From contig LWCA01000148.1 in NCBI GenBank assembly GCA_001642005.1, positions 1 to 47,398 on the forward strand: a stretch of 47,398 nt of DNA. The letters are read 5' to 3'. Below the pieces are notes generated by a model, which saw only the letters and a list, made by a program, of their open reading frames with translations, had not been told where the DNA came from and did no database searches. This document shows positions 35,001-46,808 of this stretch, piece by piece. The position numbers were made by a program, and so were the translations under genes. How positions within the stretch are numbered: the stretch's first letter is position 1; every line of letters starts with the position of its first letter. Origin of the DNA: Intoshia linei (lineage: Eukaryota > Animalia > Orthonectida).

Positions 35001-37649
35001 GAACTATTTTGTATAATAATTTTAAAATATCACACCAAGAGACTTAGAAATGCTAGGGCTATGACACTGCGCATAATTAATCAAAATTTTTAGGAGCCTA
35101 TTTTCACTTATAGTGACCTAAACTAGATAGGTTACAAAGTTCATTAATATATATTTATATTAGAATTACCAATAGGAAGTAAGCCTGAAGTCAAATTATT
35201 TTTGTCCAATTTCTTTACTCCTTCAGGTCCCTTTAAATATTTATTTTCTTTAGATGGCACGAATTGCATTTTTTTGATTACAGAATATTTCGTAGCCATA
35301 TTAGATGAACCTAAAAATTTTATAAAAATTGGGCTCAATAATTGAAAGTTTAATTTTAACTAGTACCTAGGTTATCCAACATGACAGGGTCAGATAGTTG
35401 AGGCACAGGTGGAACTGGCTTGCCCATTTTAATTAAAGTAGCAACAACTCTTTTGTGCTTATTTCCTTTTAAATGAGAACTCAATGAATCACGATTATTA
35501 CACGGAACATCACAAACCTAAAACTGTAATTATTTAATCCTTTGACATAAAAACAACAAAGCCGTACCTATCCTACCCTTGACAACATATCGAACTAAAC
35601 GAAATGTTAGTAAAACGGGATCTCACTTTTCCAAATTGAGTAAAAGTATATATTTTTCAATATCATAATGTAAATTATAAGTAGAGTTCAACGTTCTAGT
35701 GTGATTCTATTTAATCATTAAAATTTTACCCTTAAATAAATCTATATATAATTAAGTTAAAGTTTTTGTCAATTCGGGTGCTTTACAACAGAAGAACGTG
35801 AGAATGTTTTCGTATTTTTTGATCTTGAAGTTCTACCCATTTCAATATGGTTTAAAATTTATTGATATAGACGTTTTCAATCGTTAAGACTATGTGATCA
35901 GCAATAAGGTTATGTTTGCATACAAAAACATTGATTATTGTCTTAACGATTGATAACGTCTATATTTGAGATAGTAAAATTTATTGTGTGGATCTATTTT
36001 TTGGCTTGTAAATATTTGCCTTTAAATACATGTTATACGAAATTTAAATTAACAACAGTTATTAGTTTTATATTTTTAATTGATATTATAAAATAATTAG
36101 GTGTTTTAGTAACATCATTATCGTGTATTAAAGTATTAAATAGATTCACACTAAAAAGTTGAACCCTAATTATAAGTTCAAGTCCGCTGATATGTGACTA
36201 GTGGTTGTATCGCACTACATATTGAGGGGCCTAAAACATGGTAGGTTCGGCTATGTATAACATACACCTGAAAAGCAGTAAATTAAAAAATTAAATACCG
36301 CGCAATTGTATTTATCAGAAGTGTTGTTGTATCTTGATTTTACCACTGTTCCTTCCTTCATTTTTTTCATTTTTAGTAAAAGTTCTAATCTACGCTTGTG
36401 AGTTTTACCTTTTATGTGATCATCAAAAGCCTATTAATTAAATAAACAAAGAAATTGATAATTCATTAAATTACACTTTGACTAGCACAACTAATTTTAC
36501 ATTCTTCACAATAAACAGCCTTAACTTTTTTTTGTACAGATATTGCCCGATTAGGAAAAAGGTTTGCATATTGTGGCATTACAGTAGCTAGTGCTGCATT
36601 ATATGCTGCATTGCGGGCATTGTTCATATACATGTCTAAAATAAGTAAATATAAAATATATCATGGTATATGCTTGACTTATAGATAACGTTATCAAAAT
36701 TAAAAATTAGACTGCTCAATATGTAAAAACGAGGCCACAAATTACAAAAATTTGTTGACACGGTAGGCTTGGCTCTCCATATAAAATTCGGCAAAAATAG
36801 TCAACTTATCAATACAACGACAAGCTTTTATGTTACATTTAAAAACGTAAAAAGTTTACTTGAAGTAGAACCGTATTGATAACTATAACCAGTAGAGTTA
36901 TTTTGTGTAGGTGTACCTAAACCGAGTAAAAAATTTATAAAAAAGTAAAATACCATAACCATAGGCAGATGGTATTTGAGGAGCTTGATAAGCGGCGTAT
37001 GGATTGGCTAAATTGTAAAATTATAAAAATTAAATTAAGTGATAAACTATAAGCTTGTGCCACTGAAGGTATATTTCCGGGAGTTGCATTTATTTGACTA
37101 ACAGTGGCTAAATTATGTCATATTAATAAAAAAGATGAATAATATGGACATTGAAATTTTTCGATAAAGTTATAAATAATTACCGTATGCATTGTAAGCT
37201 ACTGTCGCGTTATTGGTATTCGTATACGGCGTTGTGGCTACAGATATAAATAAAATGATAAAATATAAAAATATACATTGATAAGCATTTGCGGTAGATG
37301 CATCTGCATTTGGAGCACTTGCTAAAATTAAATCAATGTTGTAATTTGATAAAAAAATTTACCATAAGCATACGCATTAACTGCAGTGTTTTGATTATAA
37401 GCCAAATTTGGAGTCACATATTGATATGAACCTGTGGCAGGCTAATAATTGGATTAATTTATGATAAAATGAATAGTATACGTTATAAACTTGTTGAGTC
37501 ATATTTGGAGTACTTGGTTGATTACTAAATTTATTTATATTTGAATATATATGGTATAAAAAAATTAAATAATTATAAACTCCATAATTTAAAAAAATGG
37601 ATGTAATAATGTACTTGTTTGGATTCAATGGATAATAGTTTGTGTTCAT
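29058..37649 (-). CDS. ZFR: Zinc finger RNA-binding protein (3 C2H2 fingers plus DZF domain)
   Basis: Y/A/Q-rich N-terminus; YCEECKISCASQ..HIKGKTH; CAVCDVPC..HLKGNKHKRV..MGKPVP; PIGIEY..FCEIC..H..EHRATYK; DZF CLKALAELRHSKWFQ, WPLELLMEK, DPCE, MLRQLTF. Confidence 0.93.
29168..29430. mobile_element. MITE in the last ZFR intron
   Basis: CAGGCTGGTCCAAGCAA / TTGCTTTGACCAGTTTG imperfect TIRs. Confidence 0.6.
30904..31013. mobile_element. Small MITE / inverted repeat
   Basis: TAGAGCGAACA...TGTTCGCTCTA perfect 11-bp TIR, extending imperfectly. Confidence 0.65.
34540..35135. repeat. Helitron-like repeat followed by a family A copy (ZFR intron)
   Basis: Homology to 10560-10800 (inverted) and to 4540-4740. 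Confidence 0.65.
35682..36168. mobile_element. hAT-type MITE nested in a family A copy
   Basis: TIRs TAGAGTTCAAC / GTTGAACCCTA with long imperfect extension; perfect 8-bp TSD ATTATAAG at 35674-35681 and 36169-36176. Confidence 0.88.
35865..35965. mobile_element. ~100-bp MITE nested in the hAT element
   Basis: 26-bp inverted repeat ATATAGACGTT(T/A)TCAATCGTTAAGAC with 1 mismatch. Confidence 0.8.
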
Positions 37650-38262
37650 CTCTTGAAAACTTAAAAATGTCGAAATTAAATTTGCAGAAAACAGACAATT
37701 TGAAACAGTCAAAATATAATTAAATTTATTTTTATCGTGTAACTATGATTTTATGTTGTCATAATTATGTATTATTAAATAACTTTATCTATTTTTTGCT
37801 ACATTCAAGTTGAATGATTAAAGTCACTCAAGTGTATTCATGACTTGACAATATATATTATTGATAAATTGTTAAACATGCATTGTGAATTAATTGATAA
37901 ATTTGTTCAAGTGTATATGTCAACATATCTTGAATTGAAAATTTTCTAGTTATATTATAACAATTATAACAAGCAAATAAGTTAAAGTTTATCCGATATG
38001 GTAAAAAAACTTTTGTAAAAATCCATTCAACTCATACCAAACCATAAAAATCAATTCCTGTAAAAATAAAATAATAAGTCACAATCTCTTAAATCTATTC
38101 AACCAACAGTTCGACTCCCATATGTATAACTACATGTAATTTGTAAATTAAAGACAAAAATTGAGACAAAGTGTTAAAGTAACTTCATTGTGAGATAAAA
38201 TCAATATTTAGATTTTATTTAAAAATTAAAAGTTTAAAATTTTTTAAATTTTACAAGTGAAA

Positions 38263-38748
38263 ATGGAAAATGAAGAATTGGAATTTATATCAAAAGAGGA
38301 ATTTAACATTACAGGTATGAGTGATTTAGGCAGTGCTACACCTCCAACGCTTATCGATTTGGACGATTCCATGATGGCACCGGAACATATTCAGATTGAT
38401 AGTAATGATAATTAATTTAATGTAATATTTGAGTATTCAATATCAATTTAGCTACAATTGGAAATTATAAACAAAACCCAAAAGTTGATACCAGTTACAG
38501 ACGAAATATTGAGCAAAAAACACCCCAAGATGAAGAAAGGTTAATAACAAATATTTGTTATTTGTAATTGTCATTTTTAAATTTGTAGTATTGAAACTTT
38601 TAAAAAATCGCAACTTGGTTTAAAAGATTTGACGGAAAGAATTATGGAATTAGAAAGAACTAAGGAAACTTACCAAAAAGGTTGCAAATTACTGATACCT
38701 ATTGGTGCGCTATACATAACCTTCAAAATCATTAAATTATTCATTTAA
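38263..38748 (+). CDS. 128-aa tail-anchored coiled-coil protein, possibly mitochondrial fission factor (MFF/Tango11)-like
   Basis: Exons 38263-38401, 38452-38539 and 38589-38748 join in frame. Motifs TPPTLIDL and MMAPEHI, coil QLGLKDLTERIMELER, C-terminal hydrophobic LLIPIGALYITFKIIKLFI*. Confidence 0.65.
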
Positions 38749-38951
38749 TGAAATATATAATATACATCTGATTATTATTTTTGTAGAAAATTGTAAAAAT
38801 TAAATTCGTCAATTTTACATTTTATTGTTGATTGGAATTTGTCAATTTTTTAAAGTAATTTGCAATTTCATTCAATTCATTTTCAATTGCAATACATGTA
38901 GCGATAATATATTGTAAAAAGAACGTAATCTTATTTAAACTTTTAAAGTTA

Positions 38952-40601
38952 ATGATTGAATCTCAAGAAAGTTTGATTGGCGTAAAATCTACTATTTGTA
39001 TTGGATTTCATTGCAATAAAAAGGCTACATTACAGTGTCCAATTTGTTTAAAAATGAAATTGCCTGTGGCCAAGTTTTGTGGGCAACAGTGTTTCAAGTC
39101 TAACTGGATTCAACATAAAATTTTACATACCAATGTGGATGTTTTTAAAAATTATCAGTTCAGTGGAAGTCTTAGACCTAGTGTACGCCGAACTGCGCTA
39201 CGAAAAGTTCCAGATTCTATTTTGGAGACTGCACCCGTTTATGCAAAACGTAAAGACGGCATGGACTTGGTGGAAGAAAAGTTATTTATCAATAATTTTA
39301 TCCATTTTTAATGTTTTTAACTTAATTTTCAAATTAATAGAGCTAAAGGTGGACCTATACGCATTTTAAATGAAACAGAAATTGGAAAAATGAAGATTGT
39401 GGGCAGATTGGCTAGAGCTGTGCTTGATGCTGGTTTAAAAGGTTTTATATATAAATCAAAATTTAGTAGAAGCAATATATTTAACATGTTAACATTTCTG
39501 GATTTATTTAATCATATTTGTGCATCAGGGATGCCAAACTTTCCGTTGTGAATCCTTAAAGATTAAAGAAATAATTTATAAATACATAAATACAAATAAA
39601 TCATATTGACTACAGATAGACCTCTAAGGCAAAATTTTTCACGAATACGAAAATAGTTTTAGTTATAGTTTAACCTAGTTCAGGGTTCATGTGACGCATG
39701 TATATATATCCATGTCGACTACCCTTGATTTTTATCATTAATGTTTAGTTGATTACCATACATCCATTTTAATTGTTGACTGTTGAGCCAATTGATTATT
39801 TTATTACGTATCGTTATTAATTTTTAATTAGCTGCCAAAGTGGGTGTAACTACTGAAGAAATTGACAAAGTAGTACATGAAAAATCAATTGAATTAAATT
39901 GCTACCCCTCTCCTCTCAACTACTATAATTTTCCAGCTTCAGTGTGTACTTCAGTTAATGAAGTAATTTGTCATGGTATACCTGATGCGCGAGCTCTCGT
40001 CGATGGTGATTTGTTAAATATTGACGTGACTGTCCATTATGATGGATTTCATGGAGATTTAAATGAAACAATTCTTATTGGTGATAAATATAGCTCCAAA
40101 ACCGACGATAAATTCTTAAACCGTGGAAGAAATTTGGTAGAAACTACATACAAGTGTATTTCTGCGGCAATTGGTATTGTTAAACCCGGTGCCAAATTTT
40201 GTGACATTGGCAAAACAATAGAAAAAATTGCAAATCTCAAGGGCTTTAGTGTTGTTAAAAGTTATTGTGGTCACGGTATTCATTCACTTTTCCATGCACC
40301 TCCAAATATAGCTCATTTTGCCAATAATAAACCTGGTATAATAAAAGCAGGTTAATTCATGTTTTTTCTGTATTATTTTAGTTTAGGAATGTGTTTTACG
40401 ATTGAACCAATGATTAACGAAGGTTCTCATTATGATAACATATGGCCAGACGACTGGACAGCAGTAACTGCTGATGGAAAAAGATCTGCTCAATTTGAAC
40501 AAACCTTACTTGTAACAGAAACAGGGTGCGAAATATTAACTCTGAGACAAGAAAACAATGGGAAACCTCATTTTATGGATTCCGATTATTACAAATATTA
40601 A
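38952..40601 (+). CDS. METAP1: Methionine aminopeptidase 1
   Basis: N-terminal zinc finger ([24 protein letters not shown]); [59 protein letters not shown]. Confidence 0.98.
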
Positions 40602-40633
40602 ATGTATCAAATGTAATATAGAAAATTTAATTT

Positions 40634-43600
40634 TTAACAAGATTCTTCGTTTTCCATCAAATAAAAACTAACTTTGACCTGTCCTGTTTCATTTAGTGAT
40701 CCGTAATCATACGGTTCTGATGTATTTAGTGAATAGTAACGGTCTGTATCGGAATTAATTTTTGTTAGGCATATTGGACAATTGTAATTTTCGTAATTGT
40801 CTATCCATTCTATTATGCATTTATGGTGGTAATCTAAAAATATCAATTACAAATTATTTATGAAATTTAAAGCTTTAAAAAACATATCATTAATCCAGAG
40901 CCGTCTTAAGCCACTTCGCGGCCCTGGGCTAAGCAAAGGGCCAGGCCCTTTAAAATTTCGAGCGAAGCGATAAAAAAATTAAGTCCCCTGTTTAGAAGAC
41001 AGAGCATACTGTTCGTTGGAGACTTTTATTTCATTACTTTATTACTTTCATCTTACATCACTTTATTAGAGTTTTATTTCATTGAGTATTAATAAAAGCA
41101 TTAAAAGATATTATGTAGGTTTCTAGTAACTTTTATTTATTTTACAAAAAACCTACTTACATTAATTAATGAACACAGTTTACTTTTTCATTTGAAAATA
41201 TGCACCATGCAGTCACAAAAAATTCTTCACAAATGTTGTTTTCTCACTTTTTTCTGAGAGAAATCAGATATGATATTATCAAAACTGATATTATTCTCAA
41301 TTGACATTAAAGAGAGCGCATTTAAACGAGGTTGAGCTAAGCAATTTCGAAGTTCATTCTTAATTATTTTTAGTTTACATATTAAAAGTTCAAACTTCAA
41401 AACTGATTCTTAAGATATAAATGTGAAGTATTTTTTAATAAATAGGGGCCTCTTTTTAAGATATAAATGTAAGTACTTTTATTAATTTGGGGCCTTTTTT
41501 AATGAGGGCCCCTGGGTTACAGCCCATATTGCCCATGCCTTAAAACGGCTCTGCATAGATCAGAATAAAATCTATAATGGTCCAAGTACACACGAAAATC
41601 AAAAACAAAGTTTATGTAAAACAGTTAATAGTCAGAAATGAGATTTTTTAATTGCTCAATTGGAAAAAATGATGCTTCCATTTTACAAAAATTTCGTCGA
41701 AATTTATATTATAAACTAGTTAATTGTTATGTACTACGTACAAACAGCAAATCTCTGCTGAGGGCGATAATTTTTAGTCTATCAAAAAATAAATTCAATA
41801 AGAAAATATAACTATTCACTATTATCAATCCTTTAAAGGTGTGGTTCTCAAACATATTTCACATGGAATCGTCGTATCACATTACCTTTTAATTTAAAGT
41901 GAATTATTCCATATTTACTCTTCAACTTATTAACTATAACTTTTGAATATTCTTAAAAAAAATAATTAAAATTTATGTTATGTTGCTAGTTTTTACACAT
42001 CATAATAAGTGAAAAAACTTTCCTTAATAACACATCATATTTTGGGCCTAAAATTATCTTCAAAATACTTAAAAAGTAAATAAAAAAATCAATATGATTG
42101 ATTAGTAAAATTTATGATTATATCACTCAAATGAATGTTCGCCAAGTTTTTATTTTGAATGCAAATTTGCAATCGTTTTAGCTGAAGGGTTAATTTTATT
42201 TTGTTAACATTTGTGTAAACAATTTTGTCATCCAATTCAATTAATTTATTAGACATAATGTTTATTAGGGATGTGAACGAATTTTTATATCAAAAGTGCA
42301 CCCTTCCACCATATGAACATTTGGAAAATATTCAATTTGCGCTCAATCTTACCTATCAACTGTTAAAAAAACCCCGGGGCATCGCCTCTAAAGTCTTGAA
42401 CAATATATCGCTCACAGTAATATATGACAATTTTCTTAAAAATATTATTTTAAATAAATTTTTTACATAAAAATAGCTATAAAGATGCGCAAAATTATCG
42501 TCTAGCGAATCATAAGCCGAATTGATAAAAAAACCGATTCCAATGTGAAAATCCAATCTAATGTAAAAACTAAATAAATATAAATTGAAAATTAATTGTT
42601 ATGGAAATAATTATTATTATGAAATTTACTATACAAAATAAATTAAATTTTGCTCATTATTCATATTTTGAAGTGCTTTGCTCCAGGATTTTTTTTAATC
42701 CTTTTTATATAATTTTTTGATAGTTGTGTATCATTCAACCCCACTTCCACGTATGGGGTGGCCCTTTTGTATTTTCGTAAAAGAGTGAAAAAATTCACAC
42801 CTCAATGTTTATAATATTAAAAATTAAGTAAAAACCGTACAATCTTAAAAATTGTCATAAATACAGTATAGCTTAAATTCCAGAAAAAAATATTGCAATA
42901 TTGCTTCTCAGTTGTGTCGGTAACTATCACATGAATATCTCCCAAATTTTCAGATTATGATTTACCCAGTTTCCATTTTATCTATTACGGATTGGGTCTA
43001 GCACAACCGGAATTAGTAAGTCTTTTTAGTACAATTTCGATTGCACCATAATGTCAATATGCTCACATTCCATTCTCTGCTGAAGTGCAAATTTACTAAA
43101 ACTGCACTAAAAACTTACAAAATATTTAGTACTTTTGGAGAGTGGTTGCTCTAGTCTGGTCATACCAGGATATCTGTTAAAATCTAACTTAAATGCGAAA
43201 ATTTAATGAAATTGAATTTTTGTAGATAAATTCCGATTCAAGTAGTGAATTTAACGTAAACTAAAATTACAATGATCACAGTCCAAAATTCGTAATTTAT
43301 CAAAAAATTTGTAATTATTTAGACAAATTCCGCAATCTTTTGGTATTCCCTTCTTGTACCTTGTATATCGTACACATCTCAATCCATTTACAATTCTATA
43401 GTCATAACTATCAACTGATTTCTGAAAATAATGAGTAATTATTTATTTATTTTAATGATTGAAATGCACACTGCCAGTCCTAGATATCTGATTTTTGGTT
43501 TGTAAAAATTATATATAAATACCCTTGTTAAGGAATTATCTCAATAATAAATCGCTTAATATGAAATTAGAAAATCTAATGTAATGAAATTTTAGTCTTA

Positions 43601-44574
43601 AAAGGTGGACATTGTCCATCTAGTTTCAACTAGACTTTGAAATTTAACGATTTTATTATATTATGTTATATTTTATAAATTTTATACTTTTGATCTTACA
43701 AGAAAATAATACATACTGTTTCCTAGAACTTACAAAATGCATATTAAATAATATTTATGAAAACCTTGTTTTTTACGCATCCCCATATTCCAATTACAAA
43801 GAAAAGTATACCAATTATACCTATAACATATATATACATATTATATTGCCGATATATATACAAATGTACTGGTCTTCTATAAACAATGTATAAAATAAAC
43901 ATAAATAAAATATCATTACATGTAGCTTAGATGGATGGCGTCATACATATATAAAGGTTTGACATAAATAAATGGTACAATTGAAGTAAAATCTAAATTA
44001 AGCCTATAAGATAAATATGATTATAATTTTTATACAGTGTCTCAACTTTTTCGATTGATGGGTAAGGTTACTTTTAAAAACCGTGGCATATGCCCAATGG
44101 GCATGTGGTGTGAAGTATTTTCAAAAAATTAATGTTTTCTTTAATAAAAAAACATTTTGAGTATTAAATACGTCACAAAGGATGCTTAACCCTTTCACTG
44201 TCTGTGTATTCTATACTATACCCAGCATAATTTTGAAAAACTTTATTCTTTTATTTTCATACATTTTCACATAGGTAATTTAAAAATTATACAAGTTTTA
44301 ATTAAAACATAAATTCCAGACAATGAAAGGGTTAAGATTGGCATTCTACTTGTTTTAAAAACTCGGTATTTATTTACTGTTTTTGTTAATAAATCAATTT
44401 AAAAACTGTTCTAATTCTTATTAGCTAATTTTATCACTGGTACAGTTGGTCCAATTATATTCAAAATTAAATAATACTTGAATCCGTTATATTGTTATAA
44501 ACATAATCTTTGGGTTCTTGTGGAGATAAAATAATTAAAAATTGACAATGTATATTCCTTGAAGCAATATTAAG
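40634..44574 (-). CDS. PA-TM-RING-H2 E3 ligase (RNF13/RNF167/goliath-like), 5' partial
   Basis: Spliced ...IVPFIYV..., TM YIYVIGIIGILFFVIGIWGCV, then RING-H2 CGICLNNYKFFDKLRILDCDH|YYHHKCIIEWI...CPIC. Start exon(s) not resolved. Confidence 0.85.
40896..41553 (-). mobile_element. hAT deletion derivative (658 bp) carrying the transposase C-terminus
   Basis: TIRs CAGAGCCGTCTTAAG / CTTAAAACGGCTCTG; flanks CATTAATC / CATAGATC. Minus strand 41376-41227 gives KLKIIKNELRNCLAQPRLNALSLMSIE...FDNIISDFSQKKVRK (hAT dimerisation domain). Confidence 0.9.
44190..44331. mobile_element. piggyBac-type MITE (142 bp)
   Basis: TTAA|CCCTTTCACTGTCTG ... CAGACAATGAAAGGG|TTAA; TIR matches 14/15. Confidence 0.92.
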
Positions 44575-44959
44575 CTAAAATATAAAAATAATATAATTTC
44601 CAAATACATGTGCGATTCTACGATTAAATTTCCAGAGATTTAATATCAGTTAATGGCTTTTAATGAAAAAAATCAATGTTAATTTCAGATTAATTATTTC
44701 ACATTTCAAGTTTAATAATCCAAACACACTGTGTATTAGAAAGTAATCTCTAATTCGCAAATGAAACACAATTAACCCATGAGGAAAAACAAACAATATT
44801 CAATACTGTACGTATTTAAAATGTAATTGACATCTGCAATTCGTAAACAAAATAAAGTTATTAATTCGTTTACAAATTCATACATATATAAGTAACCCTG
44901 TTATTAAAGCCTTAAATGTCAGATCAAATCAAAATTTTGAAATATATGCAAAATGTGTG

Positions 44960-45650
44960 TTAAACACTATCCATCAAAATACTAATAATAAGACCGTGAA
45001 AGAGAAAACCACAAAATTAATAAATGAAAACCAGTGGCGGTTCGTAGATAAATAATTGTTGAGCTGCAAAAAAATAGATATTATTATGTTTAGTTCAGAG
45101 ATACTGTTTATTGCTGCAATTTTTAACGAAGGAAATGAAATTGGAGAAGTGTGCGAATTACTCAAACCAACAATCGACATATTTGAGGGTGGTAAAAAAA
45201 GACTATCACGGAATGTTCAATCACAAATATTTTATTGGTTCGATGGAAAAATTGTTTAAATGCCTCAACGAAAAAAATATTCAGAATTGTCTCATTGTAA
45301 TGGACAATGCTAAATACCACAAGGATCTGCCAAACAACGCAACTAATAAATGTCTAATAAAAAGAAAGCTTTTATCGATTATTGTAATAAAAATCAAATT
45401 GCTTATAATGATGATGATATGAAAACAGAGTTATGGTATAAAGTTGATAAATTTGTGTAGGAGTATGTAAAACCGGTTGTATGCTATATGGCTGAAGCGG
45501 AAGGCCACGAAGTAATATTTTGACCCCTATCACTGATCTCAACTATATAGAATTGATTTGGGCCATTAGCAAAGGAGAAGTTGGAAGGCGGTATTCAATT
45601 AGTATAAATTTGTTAATTTTAAAAGGTATTCTTGAAAAATCTTTTGATAA
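44960..45650 (+). mobile_element. Degenerate IS630-Tc1-mariner transposase with DD~82E spacing (Sailor-type)
   Basis: FIAAI, KKDYHGMFNHKYF, CLIVMDNAKYH, AEAEGHEVIF and DLNYIELIWAISKG across frameshifts. 244 nt lie between the second Asp (45303-45305) and the Glu (45550). Confidence 0.8.
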
Positions 45651-45963
45651 TTATCTTCTCAACTATTATCCACATATAATGGATCAAGTCCTTCATACGA
45701 AAGTTCACACAATTATAAATTTGCAAATCTCAAGGGATTGTTTAGAACTCAAGACTAATTGTAATACTGGTTTCTTTGGAGGTACGTCAATAACCAGAAG
45801 TCGCCTTTAAGTGAAGTCATCTGAACACAAATGCAAGGATTAAACAGAGAATCTCGCAAAATATCTAGAGTATCCCACTCCAAATTGCTATTGATATTCA
45901 GAACAAGAAACTACATCAACCTTTATATCCATACACATCAAATCCTATTTCCTGAATCAAGTA

Positions 45964-46808
45964 CAGACCCGTCCATATGTTTTGAGCACTTAATAAAATC
46001 GCCGCAATCTGTATAAATTTTCAATTTTATAATTTTTTAAGTGGCCAACGTACTTAATAACAGAAATTCCATTCCTTAAAAAATTGTTTTGGTTGCGACA
46101 ATACATTAAATTTAATAAAAACTGATTTATTTATAAATAACAATATTTACTCTTTCAAATATTTTGAGCATTTTCACTTTCATTACTTTCAAAAACGTAT
46201 TTTTTGCAATATAGGTAATTAATAGTATTCTTCTTTGAAATTTCAACTAGATGCGTCAAATAAATATTCAGAAGCGCAAATTAGTTGTTACATATTTCAA
46301 TAGAGGGTATACCCAAGTAAAAATTGGCTGCCACAGAGTCTAGATTTAAATATAATCGAAAATCTTTGGAGTGAATTGAAGAAAAGGGTGCGTCAACGAT
46401 CTCCTCAAAATTTAGAGTCACTACGGAGAATAACAAAGGAAGAATTCTATAAAATACCTAACGATTATATCATAAATCTTTATGAGTCTATTCCGAGAAG
46501 ATTAGATGACGTATTTTCAGTAAATGGCGGAAATACCAAGTACTGACATTATTAATCCTTTTTAAATTTAATTATGTCGTTTAATCATAAAATTAATCAC
46601 GGGTGCTCAAAACATATGAACGACTAAAATTATTACAATTTAATATCATCATTGTTATATCTAATAATTATCAAACAGTACTTAAATTTAATTCATAACT
46701 TCTGATCATATTTAAATTCCCTGAAATATAAAATAAATTAAACAAAAACACTTATTAATAAAATAATTAAGGATTTTATAAAGTGCTCAAAACATATGGA
46801 CGGGTCTG
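45964..46808 (+). mobile_element. Internally deleted Tc1-like element of IR-DR type (845 bp)
   Basis: TA flanks; TIR CAGACCCGTCCATATGTTTTGAGCACTT; inner direct-repeat copies near 46160 and 46603; WLPQSLDLNIIENLWSELKKRV...LYESIPRRL...NGGNTKY*. Confidence 0.93.

Noticed and set aside
41740-41835. DRLKIIALS peptide resembling a RING exon
   Set aside because: Matches the repeat at 12830-12940. The true RING exon is at about 43411-43271.
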